Shown one piece after another: positions 29,270 to 39,714 of a DNA stretch of 64,000 nt (positions are counted from its first letter, which is position 1; each line of letters begins with the position of its first letter). The stretch comes from an uncultured Syntrophomonadaceae bacterium (GTDB lineage Bacteria; Bacillota; Dethiobacteria; DTU022). The notes under the pieces are model-generated. The model saw nothing but the letters and a program-made list of their open reading frames with translations. It ran no database searches and had not been told where the DNA came from. A program made the position numbers and the translations under genes. The stretch spans positions 6,875 to 70,874 of the forward strand of contig CAYMIW010000002.1 in NCBI GenBank assembly GCA_964390725.1, in the 5' to 3' direction.

Positions 29270-31207
29270 ATGGAAAAGAGTGGAAAGCAAAAAGATACAA
29301 AGGAAAAATATTCAAGATGGATAGTAGCAGCAATAGTTATGGTGTTACTTTGTTTAGGCGTAGTTATGTACACATCAGCTGTCGGCCGTCGGGTGGCATC
29401 AGAAGCGCGAAGCATCACCACAATAACTTTAAGCAAAACAGAGATATCGAATGCTATCTCTGTTTCCGGGCAAGTTAACAGCTCAAATGTTATCAATATC
29501 TTTTCGACGTTATCAAGTTATCCGGTGAGTGAGGTTTTAGTGGAAACCGGGGTCAGAGTCGAAACAGGAGATATTTTGGCAAGAATTGATACAACAAGCT
29601 TAGATTACGATATTAACCAAGCCAAAAACAATTTGAATAACGCACAAAAAACGTTGCAAACAGAAAAACAAAATAACCAAAACAGTATTGTAAACGCACA
29701 AAATGCGCTTAACTCCGCTAGTGTATCCCTTGATAGACAGGAGCTTGCTTACGAAAAAAGCCTTGCTGACCTTGAGGAAGCTGAAAAAGCAATTATTGAA
29801 CCGTTTGATACATACACATATGATCATACAATAACCGAGGCAAAGGTTACGCTTGACAAGAAAACAGCAGACTTGGCAGAAGCTGAATACGAACTTTATT
29901 CCGAAATAAATGACTTTGACGTATATACATATAATAATATAATCAATGACGCTAAAATCAACCTTGACAGAAGTATAACCGACCTGGAAAAAGCGAATAA
30001 CGACAGAGACAGCGAAACCTCATCCTTCAACAGTTCAGCTTATGACTTTGCGATTAACGCGGCACAAGTAGCGGTAGAGAGAAGCCAAAATGACTATGAA
30101 GCCATTCTGATGGCGAATAACAATGATACGACAGCTACTGCGGTTGTTGCTGCAAAAAGAGCATTAGAAGATGCACAGGTTACTCTTAACAAAGCTTATA
30201 ACGATCTGTATAAAGCGCAATCTGATTATTATGATTCCAATCAGTCTGCTCAAGATGCGGCCGACGCAAAAGTTACTGCTGCGAGAAACGCTGTAACCGA
30301 TGCTCAAAGGGCATACGATAAAGCAGTGGAAGATCTGGACAGAGCTTATGAAAAAGCAGTTGAAGATGCAACAAAAAGTGTAGCTTTAGCTAAAACAGCT
30401 GTTAGTGATGCGCAGCGAGCTTATGACAAAGCAGTGGCAGATTTGCAACATGCACAAGATAAAACCGCTGCAGATAACATAACACAATTAACAACTGCCC
30501 AAAGGAATGTTACGGATGCAGCGAAATCGCTAGAAGCTGCACAGCTAAGCGTAGCAAACGCTCAAAACAACCTAAATCAAGCTAAAAATAATATTTTAAC
30601 TGGTGAATCGAATGTAACTAACCAGCAGATTACACTTGACAGGCTACTTGACCAGGTTGCAGACTCTGAGATTACTGCATCGGGAAGCGGAACAATCACA
30701 GCAGTAAACGCAAAAGAAGGAGTTAATCCAAGCGGAATTCTTTTTACGATTGAGGATACGAATCTATTGTATGTAGCGGCGAAGGTAAAGGAATATAACC
30801 TCAGCGATTTAAGTATCGGACAGAATGTCTTGATTACCACCGATGCAACAGATAAAGATATTTTTGAAGGCGATATTATCTACATTTCTCCGACAGCTGT
30901 CAGCGAAGCGGGTTCGACGAATGTAGAATTTGAGATTTGGGTAGCGCTTAAAAACCCGAATGAAAACATCAAGATTGGAATGAACGCATTTCTTGAAATC
31001 ATAGTTGCTTCAAAGAAAGACGTTTACGCAGTACCATTATCAGCTATTATCACAAACGAAAACGGAACCTTTGTTCGGTCACAGTCCGATAACGAAACCA
31101 TTGATATCTCTGTAGAAATCGGGATCATAACCAGTACATCAGCGGAGATTTCAGGTGAGGGAATAGAGGATGGGCTGATTATTCTTAGCACTCCGGGTGT
31201 AAACTAA
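29270..31207 (+). CDS. HlyD-family periplasmic adaptor (membrane fusion protein) with an unusually long, internally repetitive coiled coil
   Basis: N-terminal TM anchor, about 350 aa of alanine/glutamine-rich coiled coil with repeated AQRAYDKAVEDL units, and a C-terminal beta-barrel/lipoyl MFP domain (GSGTITAVNAKEG...). Confidence 0.8.
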   Translation: MEKSGKQKDTKEKYSRWIVAAIVMVLLCLGVVMYTSAVGRRVASEARSITTITLSKTEISNAISVSGQVNSSNVINIFSTLSSYPVSEVLVETGVRVETGDILARIDTTSLDYDINQAKNNLNNAQKTLQTEKQNNQNSIVNAQNALNSASVSLDRQELAYEKSLADLEEAEKAIIEPFDTYTYDHTITEAKVTLDKKTADLAEAEYELYSEINDFDVYTYNNIINDAKINLDRSITDLEKANNDRDSETSSFNSSAYDFAINAAQVAVERSQNDYEAILMANNNDTTATAVVAAKRALEDAQVTLNKAYNDLYKAQSDYYDSNQSAQDAADAKVTAARNAVTDAQRAYDKAVEDLDRAYEKAVEDATKSVALAKTAVSDAQRAYDKAVADLQHAQDKTAADNITQLTTAQRNVTDAAKSLEAAQLSVANAQNNLNQAKNNILTGESNVTNQQITLDRLLDQVADSEITASGSGTITAVNAKEGVNPSGILFTIEDTNLLYVAAKVKEYNLSDLSIGQNVLITTDATDKDIFEGDIIYISPTAVSEAGSTNVEFEIWVALKNPNENIKIGMNAFLEIIVASKKDVYAVPLSAIITNENGTFVRSQSDNETIDISVEIGIITSTSAEISGEGIEDGLIILSTPGVN

Positions 31208-31241
31208 ATAGCCTGTAAATGTGAAAAACGAGGTAAAGCAA

Positions 31242-31952
31242 ATGCTTGAATTGAGAAATATTGTTAAAAGGTATTTTATTGGCGAGCCTAATGAGCTTGA
31301 AGTATTGCGAAAAATATCATTGAAAATTTCTGAAGGTGAGTTTGTTGCTGTCGTGGGGCAATCTGGTTCTGGAAAGAGCACGCTTATGAATATTATAGGC
31401 GCACTTGATCGACCGACAGAAGGGCTCTATCTTTTGGATGGATCAACAATCGCGGAAATGACGGATAACGAGCTTGCTGAAATAAGGAATGAGAAAATTG
31501 GTTTTGTTTTTCAGACATTCAACCTTGTTGCTAAGATAAACGCCCTCAGCAATGTAGAACTTCCAATGTTCTATAAGGGTATTCCTAAAAAAGATCGCAA
31601 AGAAAGAGCAGAATATTTACTCTCGCTCGTTGATATGCAAGACAGAATGAAACATATGCCGAATGAATTATCCGGTGGTCAAAAACAAAGGGTAGCTATC
31701 GCCAGAGCTCTTGCAAACGAACCATCAATAATACTTGCCGACGAACCTACAGGCAACTTAGATACCGAAACAGGTGTTATGGTTACAGACTTGTTCTTGA
31801 AAATTCACCGAGAAGAAAAAAGAACAATTATTCTTATTACGCATAATGACGATTTGGCAAAAAAAACGCAACGGATTGTCACAATAAGGGATGGCAGGAT
31901 TGTTAGTGATGAATCAAACAAGGCTGCTTTTGAAAGAGGTTGTGCTGTATGA
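31242..31952 (+). CDS. ABC transporter ATP-binding protein, MacB/LolD/FtsE subfamily
   Basis: Walker [10 protein letters not shown], signature [15 protein letters not shown], Walker [12 protein letters not shown]. Confidence 0.85.
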   Translation: MLELRNIVKRYFIGEPNELEVLRKISLKISEGEFVAVVGQSGSGKSTLMNIIGALDRPTEGLYLLDGSTIAEMTDNELAEIRNEKIGFVFQTFNLVAKINALSNVELPMFYKGIPKKDRKERAEYLLSLVDMQDRMKHMPNELSGGQKQRVAIARALANEPSIILADEPTGNLDTETGVMVTDLFLKIHREEKRTIILITHNDDLAKKTQRIVTIRDGRIVSDESNKAAFERGCAV

Positions 31953-33229
31953 TATGGGAAAATATAGCATTGGCTGCATCATCTCTTAAAAGCAATAAAA
32001 CGAGAGCGCTGCTTACTATGCTTGGGATAATCATTGGTATTACTGCAGTTATTGCAATCGTTAGCATTGGCAACGCATTGGAAAACTCTGTCAGTTCAAG
32101 TCTTACAGCCTTTGGAACAGCTAACATAACGATTGCGGTTCAGGAAAGAGGTAAGGAAGATACAAGTGATAATTTTGGTCTTCCTTCAGAAAACATTATA
32201 ACCGGCAAAACGCCGTCTTCCGCTGATCTGATTACTGAAAAAATGCTTAGTGATTTCAAAACCAGATATGATGATGTTATTCATGGGGTGTCGACAAACT
32301 ATTCAGGCGGTAGCGCGACTGCAAGAGATATGGAACTATATGCCAATGTCTCGATTTCTGGTATTAACGAGGATTATGCAAAAGCAAATACCATTACGCT
32401 ATTGTCTGGCCGCATCATATCGCAACAGGACATAGATGATCTTGCAAATGTAGCCGTTGTATCTGACAAATTGGTTGAAAATATGTTTCCCCTTGGAATG
32501 GACGCTGTTGGAAAAACAATTAAGATTTACAAACCCTATTCAATTGATATTTACATAATTATTGGCGTTTACAAATACGATCAAGATGGACCGTTTGGAA
32601 GCACAGCTTCAGATAAAGATATACAGACAAATATGTATGTCCCCATAACTACCGCCAAAAAAGATGTATTGGAAAAGAATTTCACTTCATTTACAGTCGT
32701 TGCGAATGCTAATGAAGATGTAAACCAATTAACAGATAGCTTTCAAATTTACTTTGACGGTGTTTACGCCGGAAACAGAGATTGGAAAGCCTCAGTTTCT
32801 AACATGACTTCTATGCTTGACACTGTGACAAGTACGCTTAACACGATAACACTGGCGGTTGCTGTTATCGCTGCTATATCTCTTATCGTGGGCGGCATTG
32901 GTGTTATGAATATTATGCTGGTATCCGTAACCGAAAGAACAAGGGAAATTGGTATAAGAAAAGCTTTAGGAGCTAAAACATTCCATATACAGCTACAGTT
33001 TCTGATTGAAGCTGTAATTGTAACTGTTATTGGTGGTATCATCGGAATTATACTCGGTTTGATCGTAGGAGCTCTTGCTTCGCTACTTTTAGGGGCGGCA
33101 GCATCTGCATCTGTGCCAATGATTTTACTGAGTTTTTTATTCTCAATGGCTATTGGCCTGATTTTTGGCTTGCATCCGGCGAGCAAAGCAGCTAAGCTCG
33201 ATCCTATTGATGCTTTAAGATATGAGTAA
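31949..33229 (+). CDS. ABC transporter permease, FtsX/MacB family with periplasmic MacB-like domain
   Basis: One N-terminal TM, about 250-aa periplasmic domain, and three C-terminal TM helices (FtsX fold). Overlaps the ATPase gene. Confidence 0.8.
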   Translation: MIWENIALAASSLKSNKTRALLTMLGIIIGITAVIAIVSIGNALENSVSSSLTAFGTANITIAVQERGKEDTSDNFGLPSENIITGKTPSSADLITEKMLSDFKTRYDDVIHGVSTNYSGGSATARDMELYANVSISGINEDYAKANTITLLSGRIISQQDIDDLANVAVVSDKLVENMFPLGMDAVGKTIKIYKPYSIDIYIIIGVYKYDQDGPFGSTASDKDIQTNMYVPITTAKKDVLEKNFTSFTVVANANEDVNQLTDSFQIYFDGVYAGNRDWKASVSNMTSMLDTVTSTLNTITLAVAVIAAISLIVGGIGVMNIMLVSVTERTREIGIRKALGAKTFHIQLQFLIEAVIVTVIGGIIGIILGLIVGALASLLLGAAASASVPMILLSFLFSMAIGLIFGLHPASKAAKLDPIDALRYE

Positions 33230-33651
33230 ACAGATTAACGTAACAATGATGAACAGGATCGAAAAGACATTTTGAAATTACTAACGGAGGTTTAATAAAT
33301 GTAAATGGCACTGTCACGCGTGCTGTTTAGAGAATAGCCGTCATTGCCTTCTTATTCAAACTCCGGAAGCAATCATATAGACTTAACGATACAACATACT
33401 GACTGTGCATTATGTTATAATGATTTTAGCATAGTTGCAGATTTATTGGAAGCTTATAAATACTTAAAACTCAATGAAATAAAATTACTGTAATTAACCG
33501 CAGTTTCTCTGGATTGTTGCCTGGTGCAAACTGCCTTATTATTAAGGTAATTGAAGGCGACAGATCGTTAATAATGGCGAATTAAATTTGCCGTGTAAAG
33601 ATATTTGTTGTTTCCGGGTAGTGATGTTAATAATATTTAGGAGGCACAGCG

Positions 33652-35154
33652 GTGAGAAGTTTAGATGCGTGTTTATCGGTTCGTGATGGACATCATTTTA
33701 TGGAAGAATGTGATGTTGTTGAACTGATACGACAGTTTGGTTCTCCCATTTTTGTTATCTCGGAAAACCAGCTGCGTCGAAATTTCCAAAGGTATCAAAA
33801 AGCTTTCACCGAACGATGGCCGGAAGGGCCAATTAATATTCTGCCGGCGATAAAAGCCAACTGGAACCTAGCATTGAGGTATATCTTGACACAAGAGGGG
33901 GCTGGTTGCGACGTATTTTCAGTGGGTGAGCTCGCCGCAGCCCTGAAATCGGGAGTTAATCCCGATCTCATTTCAGCTAACGGCGGTGGCAAGAGTAAAT
34001 CACATATCAGTAATTGCATCAAAGCCGGTGTTAAAATAACTGTTGACGATATAGACGAACTGGACCTCATTGTAGAGGCTGCACAAGCAATTGGGAAAAA
34101 AGCCAAGATTCGCTTGAGACTAAGGCCTGATTTCCCGAATCTATGGCAGCCTACCGGATTTGCCCATGAAACGGTACCGATTGATATAGGCTTCCAGGTG
34201 TATAAAAGCGGAATTCCGACCGAGCATGTTTTATCCATTGGCAAGAAAGCCCTGGAGTCGGAATATGTTGATCTGGTAGGTGTTCACATACATCTCGGAC
34301 GACATCATTATAGTGTGAAATATTGGAGAGAAAGCATTAAGAGGTATATTAAATTGATTGCCATGTTAAAAGAAGAGTGGAAGGGGTGGGAGCCGGAGGA
34401 GATAGATATCGGTGGTGGGATCCCCACACCAAGAGACCCCTTTGGTAAGATTCTGGGTTCTTCGCTGGACAATTTACTTTTCCTATGCCTGTGGATCGGT
34501 ATGATCGGTATGAAGCTTTTAGGTGAAAAAAAGCGATATAAGATAATATCCAAGGCGATGCCCATTTTCATGCGTAAAGAACCAAATGAAAAATTGGCGC
34601 CCTCCATTGAAGAATACGCTGATGGTATTACAGATACCTTACGTAAAGCGCTGATTAGGCACAAAATTGATCCAACAGGAATTACCCTGCAGATTGAACC
34701 CGGCCGAAGTTTGTATGGCAACGCAGGTATCCATCTTAGTACTGTCCTTAAAACCAAAAGTCAGACCAAACCTATCCGCTGGAACTGGATCTTGCTCGAT
34801 ACCACCTATTTCTTTATGACCGGTGGCGTCTTTGAAAATAATCTTCACCAGTTCATATTTGCCAATAAAGCCGATCAGAAATCTACTATACTTGCTGATA
34901 TTGTCGGAAGATCGTGTTTTGCCGATCGAATGCTGCCCGAAGTAATGGTTCCCGAGGTCAGCGTGGGCGACATCATTGCCATCCTTGATACCGGTGCTTA
35001 TCAAGAGGTATCCGCTAGTAACTTTAACGCCATGCCCAGGCCGGCTACCGTGCTGGTAAATGAGGGTCAGGCCGAAATCATCAAGCGTGCCGAGACCGAG
35101 GCAGATGTTTTCGCCAGGGATATTGTTCCCGCGCGACTGGAAGTTGGTTCTTAA
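33652..35154 (+). CDS. PLP-dependent decarboxylase, Orn/DAP/Arg decarboxylase family 2 (diaminopimelate decarboxylase-like) with a hydrophobic internal insertion
   Basis: GTG start with RBS aggagg. PLP-lysine motif ILPAIKANWN. C-terminal GAYQEVSASNFN. About 60 extra residues (LLFLCLWIGMIGMKLLGEKKRYK...) relative to typical LysA length. Confidence 0.7.
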   Translation: MRSLDACLSVRDGHHFMEECDVVELIRQFGSPIFVISENQLRRNFQRYQKAFTERWPEGPINILPAIKANWNLALRYILTQEGAGCDVFSVGELAAALKSGVNPDLISANGGGKSKSHISNCIKAGVKITVDDIDELDLIVEAAQAIGKKAKIRLRLRPDFPNLWQPTGFAHETVPIDIGFQVYKSGIPTEHVLSIGKKALESEYVDLVGVHIHLGRHHYSVKYWRESIKRYIKLIAMLKEEWKGWEPEEIDIGGGIPTPRDPFGKILGSSLDNLLFLCLWIGMIGMKLLGEKKRYKIISKAMPIFMRKEPNEKLAPSIEEYADGITDTLRKALIRHKIDPTGITLQIEPGRSLYGNAGIHLSTVLKTKSQTKPIRWNWILLDTTYFFMTGGVFENNLHQFIFANKADQKSTILADIVGRSCFADRMLPEVMVPEVSVGDIIAILDTGAYQEVSASNFNAMPRPATVLVNEGQAEIIKRAETEADVFARDIVPARLEVGS

Positions 35155-35247
35155 GGCAACATAATAATCAGTCATGTTGCTGATATCGGCTCGCACTATT
35201 TTTTAACTAAGCAAACGCTATATTTCGAAGACGGAGGTAGACGTGAC

Positions 35248-35853
35248 ATGCCCAGCAGTGATGCTTTGAAAGGAATGGACAAGGGGGAAAAACTAGAATT
35301 TATTCTTGACTCTGCCATGAAATGCTTGTTCAGGCACGGAAGCGGTGCAACAACTATGGATTTGATATCCGAAGAAGCTGGGGTAAGTAAGGGTACTTTA
35401 ACCTACTACTTTAAAAACAAGGAAGACATTATCATCCAGCTTGCTTCTCACCTTGCCAGAAAATTGTATTCAGAAATAAGGCTGAGTATTCAAGAATGCA
35501 GCAGCCCCAAAGAGCGCCTGATTCAAGCGATCAACCAGTTTTGGTCTAATTACAGGGAAAAACCCCAGCTGCAGATCGGCTATTATGATTTATGGGCTCA
35601 GGGTTTTTACAATGATAGGTTGAAACAGGAAGTTGTCAAAATTCATCGTGATTTTCGCTCAATATTTCTGGAGGAGCTAATGCTTGATGATCCTGAGGGA
35701 CATACCAGTGGAAGGCACAGATATGATGCAATTCTAATAACGGGAGTTCTAGAAGGCGCAATGATGCAATGGCTGCTCGAGCCAGACTTGGTTGATAATT
35801 GGGAAGAGGTTCGGCAACGGCTGGTCGAGGTTGTCACGATAATTATGGATTAA
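35248..35853 (+). CDS. TetR/AcrR-family transcriptional regulator
   Basis: N-terminal HTH TTMDLISEEAGVSKGTLTYYFKNKEDI. Confidence 0.8.
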   Translation: MPSSDALKGMDKGEKLEFILDSAMKCLFRHGSGATTMDLISEEAGVSKGTLTYYFKNKEDIIIQLASHLARKLYSEIRLSIQECSSPKERLIQAINQFWSNYREKPQLQIGYYDLWAQGFYNDRLKQEVVKIHRDFRSIFLEELMLDDPEGHTSGRHRYDAILITGVLEGAMMQWLLEPDLVDNWEEVRQRLVEVVTIIMD

Positions 35854-35961
35854 TGGGGGGGAGGTGAATATGGCTGGTTACCTGTTAAAACTTGTTGATT
35901 AAGGTAGTTCTGGTTACCTAAACACTTGGTTAGGGCCATGGAAATTTAAGGAGGAATGAAG

Positions 35962-37221
35962 ATGGCTTTACAAAAAGCATCAGAGCAAACTGGTTACGCG
36001 GTGTTCGGCCCCCATCCTCATCTATCTGATGTGCCTTATGAAGAGCACCGTTCGAGGATCAGGAAGGCTCAAAAACTTATGAACGAGCAACAGGTCGATG
36101 TATTACTATTGTGGAGTATGCAAAATTGCAGGTATTTCGGCGGCTTCACGTCTTCACATTGGGATGCTCCCAGTATTCAGCCCTGCGTGACAATTATCCC
36201 CGTTGAGGGAGAGCCGGTGCTCGTTGTGCCGGAGTTTTTCCGGTGGAGTACCGAAGCTCAGTGTTGGATTCGTGACATCCGCGGGCAACTGGACGCTCAT
36301 CAGGTAAATGCGACACGGGACCTGCCACGCGATATTGCTGAAGTGGTAAAAGAAATGGGGTGTGGGAAGGGTAATGTGGCTCTTGAGATGGGCCGCATTG
36401 GCCATACGTTCATACCACGACCTTACAATGATATTAAACTGCTGATTGATTCTCTTCCCGATGCACGTTTCGTTGACGGCGACAAAATAATCTGGGGTTG
36501 CCGTATGTTTAAATCACCTTTGGAGATAGACCGGTTAACTAGGGCGGCGGATATACACCGACAAGCTTTTTCAGCAATCATTGATGATTACCGCCCGGGT
36601 ATGACCGAGAATGACGTATTGAAGATCTTCATGGCCACGGCTGTGCAGAATGGAGCCGAATGGGTTTCGTCTGGGCACATTATGTGCGGTGATATTAAAG
36701 AAGGCGTTATTGATTGCGGTGGGCATTGGGATGGAATTGTGATCAACAAAGGTGATTTAATTTCTGTAGATATGCTTCTTAAATACCGGGGATATTTTGC
36801 CGACATGGGTCGATTCATTTATGTCGGACCCACCACGGATGATTACAAGAAAGGCACCGAGATAACGTGGAAAGCGTTCGATGCTGCAGCCGATAAAATC
36901 AAACCGGGCGTGCCGGCAAGTGAAGTCTATGAAGCCATGGTCAAAGTGGAAATGGAGGAAGGTATGATGCCCGTCGAAATGGCCGGTCATGGTGTTGGCC
37001 TGGATGGCCACGAACCGCCAACGATCACAGCCACTGACGAAACGGTGCTTGAAGCGGGGATGTGCCTTGAACTGGAGGCCTGCGGCCTTTTGGGAGGATG
37101 GCATAAGAATGGGGCACCCGGTATGTATCATTACGAGAACTTGGTGGTGGTTACTGAAACAGGGTGCCATGTGATCGAGGGACTCCCACGAAAACACTTG
37201 GAGGTATCTTGCTACAAGTAG
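35962..37221 (+). CDS. M24-family metallopeptidase (Xaa-Pro aminopeptidase/creatinase-like)
   Basis: Creatinase-like N-terminal domain, then pita-bread fold with metal ligands (DMGRF, HGVGLDGHEPP, ELEAC...E). Confidence 0.8.
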   Translation: MALQKASEQTGYAVFGPHPHLSDVPYEEHRSRIRKAQKLMNEQQVDVLLLWSMQNCRYFGGFTSSHWDAPSIQPCVTIIPVEGEPVLVVPEFFRWSTEAQCWIRDIRGQLDAHQVNATRDLPRDIAEVVKEMGCGKGNVALEMGRIGHTFIPRPYNDIKLLIDSLPDARFVDGDKIIWGCRMFKSPLEIDRLTRAADIHRQAFSAIIDDYRPGMTENDVLKIFMATAVQNGAEWVSSGHIMCGDIKEGVIDCGGHWDGIVINKGDLISVDMLLKYRGYFADMGRFIYVGPTTDDYKKGTEITWKAFDAAADKIKPGVPASEVYEAMVKVEMEEGMMPVEMAGHGVGLDGHEPPTITATDETVLEAGMCLELEACGLLGGWHKNGAPGMYHYENLVVVTETGCHVIEGLPRKHLEVSCYK

Positions 37222-37328
37222 GCAAACATACAAAGTTCTTACACCACTTAAAAAAATCCGAGTTGTGGCTCTGATGAGGCTATTCATTGTTGCGAGATTT
37301 ATTAAATAATTGAAAAAGGAGAAAGGAA

Positions 37329-38045
37329 ATGGAGAAATTCAAGATCCTCGGACTGGTGGGTAGCCCCAGGAAAGAAGCAAATACATGGCTTATGGTAAAA
37401 AAGGCGCTTGCCGAAGCAGCTACCGTACCTGGCGCTGAGACTGAGCTCTATGAAATAGCCGGGAAAAAAATAAATCATTGTCTGGGTTGCAACAAATGTG
37501 CAGAGCTGGGACGATGCGTTTTTAAAGATGATTTTGCGGAGTTTGTTGATAAATACCTTGAAGCCGACGGGATTATTTGGGGTGCACCTGTCTATCACAT
37601 GTCAATTCCCAGCCTGATGAAAGCGACTATTGACAGGTTGGGGAATATGCTCGAAGCTTATTATCTCAAAATGGGTAAGGATCAACCGAGATACAGCAAA
37701 GCGTGCGGCGTCATCACCGTGGGTGCACACAGGAATGGCGGACAGGAGCTGGCCTTGAGTCACATGATCAACAGCTGCCTTACTATGAACAACATTGTTG
37801 TTTCAGGGATGACTTTGGCAGGTGCCTATATTGGGACAGCGGGTTATTCCGGGCAGTTACCTAATTTCCTAAAAAAAGATAACGTGCTCCAGGATGACTT
37901 GGGAATGCTCTGCGCTACAACTACCGGCCAAAGAGTGGCTGAGATGGCACGTATCATAGCCGAGGGTAAAGCGGTTCTCCAGAATGAACTTCCCCCGGAG
38001 TATACCTACAAGGAAGGGCCTGATAAATATATACGGCAGAACTGA
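37329..38045 (+). CDS. iron-sulfur flavoprotein (Isf-like), NADPH-dependent FMN reductase family
   Basis: Flavodoxin-like N-terminus LGLVGSPRKEANT. Compact cysteine cluster CLGCNKCAELGRC typical of Isf proteins. Confidence 0.7.
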   Translation: MEKFKILGLVGSPRKEANTWLMVKKALAEAATVPGAETELYEIAGKKINHCLGCNKCAELGRCVFKDDFAEFVDKYLEADGIIWGAPVYHMSIPSLMKATIDRLGNMLEAYYLKMGKDQPRYSKACGVITVGAHRNGGQELALSHMINSCLTMNNIVVSGMTLAGAYIGTAGYSGQLPNFLKKDNVLQDDLGMLCATTTGQRVAEMARIIAEGKAVLQNELPPEYTYKEGPDKYIRQN

Positions 38046-38134
38046 TTGCACAATATTGGTTTTAGCGTATAAAGTTTTTGTGAAACGGTTAAACAAAAAG
38101 TTGTAGTATAGCGAAACCCATTACAATCATTAAT

Positions 38135-38166
38135 AAGAGCCGATCAGAAATGATAGGCTCTTTTTA
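38135..38166 (+). terminator. rho-independent terminator
   Basis: AAGAGCC-gatcagaaatgata-GGCTCTT followed by TTTTA, about 90 nt downstream of the flavoprotein stop. Confidence 0.6.
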
Positions 38167-38713
38167 TGTTTGCGGACAAATCAGAGTTGAAAGCGGGGGC
38201 TTCCGAGGTTAGAGGGTTGACTTTGGAAGCCCTCTTGTATTTCGGCGTTGTTTTTATGCAAAAGTGTTGACATATACTATTATATGGAAAAAACACAACT
38301 AAGTTAGATTAATATTAACTATGTTAGAGACAGGGTGTCTGAAAGTTGAGCGACATAATCTATCCTCAATGAGGAGGGCGTATTAAGCAGCAGGTCAGGA
38401 TGACAGCCGAGTACTTCATTGATAACCCCAATATCTTCGAATTATTTTACCAATTTTAAATGGACGAAAGTAACATCGTGACGATGAGATCCCTTGAGCT
38501 GGAAAAAGGGTATTGCGACGACTTCATGCCCTTTGTCGAAAGCGGGGCTATTCATGAAACGGATATCCCGGCGATATACCCGGGGAGCCCTCGGAGTAAG
38601 TTATATATTTCCTGCTCATGCCAGTCTGCATCCTTGCTGTCGTGTCGTCTGCGGTAAGGGCTACACGAAGCGGTATACTGATGAAATGGGGGATGGACAA
38701 TCTTCTACGGCTA

Positions 38714-39367
38714 CTAGTAATTCCATCCTAAAATTCCTAAAGCCAGGATGTTCATGATGATTGGAACCAGGTATATCCCTGCCAGGATAGTTAGTTTGGC
38801 TTTCATCGTTTTTCTGTTAATCACCCAGATTGCCGCGGCAAAAAAATGGAAATAACCGATAAAAAAGATTAGCCAGACTCCTTTAAAGGAAAGCTCCCAA
38901 AAAGGGTAAACCCAGACTAGATGTCCGCCAATGTTCAGAAGGCATTCTACAAAAACGGCAAAAGCAGCCAGGGCTACAGCAGTCACCCATTTTTCAGGCA
39001 GCCCCAGTATTTTTTCCGTGGTGCTTTCCGACAAGCTATTGTAAAAAACAAAACCAGCCAGGGAAAACATGAACATGATCTCCAGGTTCCAGCCCACCAT
39101 CGTCCGCAGGGCTGTTTCGCCGGGAACGGTCCAGAAGGCAGAATAACCAGTTAAATGCATAACCCACCCATTCCAGGTTTCGTTGAAAAAGTCCATACCA
39201 AACACAGCCAGGGCGCAAAAAAGGGCATCCCAATTACCGGTATTACGCGCCAGCTTAATCTCTTTACTGTATATATAGAAGACAATCAACATTAAAGTGA
39301 TCCCGTACCATTTGAATGTAGTTAAATCTCTTAATCCTTCAAGCGCCTGCAGTGTTGCTTCAGTCAT
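38714..39367 (-). CDS. integral membrane protein of unknown function (about 6 TM)
   Basis: 217-aa ORF with several hydrophobic helices. No recognised motif. Confidence 0.5.
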   Translation of the reverse strand: MTEATLQALEGLRDLTTFKWYGITLMLIVFYIYSKEIKLARNTGNWDALFCALAVFGMDFFNETWNGWVMHLTGYSAFWTVPGETALRTMVGWNLEIMFMFSLAGFVFYNSLSESTTEKILGLPEKWVTAVALAAFAVFVECLLNIGGHLVWVYPFWELSFKGVWLIFFIGYFHFFAAAIWVINRKTMKAKLTILAGIYLVPIIMNILALGILGWNY

Positions 39368-39714
39368 TGGCAGTGCCCCCTAAATAATGATTCAAAAAAC
39401 AATCTACCTAACCAGCTTTTTAATAATACTAATAATTGTTTTTAAACCTTTTCAAACCTGTTATAGCTTCAATAATGAACATCTGACAAGGTTGTTAAGA
39501 ATCCTCAATCTTAATTCCACGAGAAGTGCGAAATTCCTTTTTCCAAAACAGGGTTAGGCCTTGATAGATAAGATTATGTGTGATACGTTTTCCACAAAGC
39601 CAGACCACTGCGTATAGAGTATCCCGAAGCATTGTATTACTTTACGCCTCGCGGTAATGGAGTGAATTATCTATTAAGTAGAGCTCTAAAGAGAACAAAA
39701 TGGAGGAGAATTGA

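Noticed and set aside
38460-38757. Two overlapping small + strand ORFs (65 and 87 aa) upstream of the minus-strand membrane protein gene
   Set aside because: Mutually overlapping frames, no RBS, arginine/cysteine-rich translations. Probably intergenic or 3' UTR.
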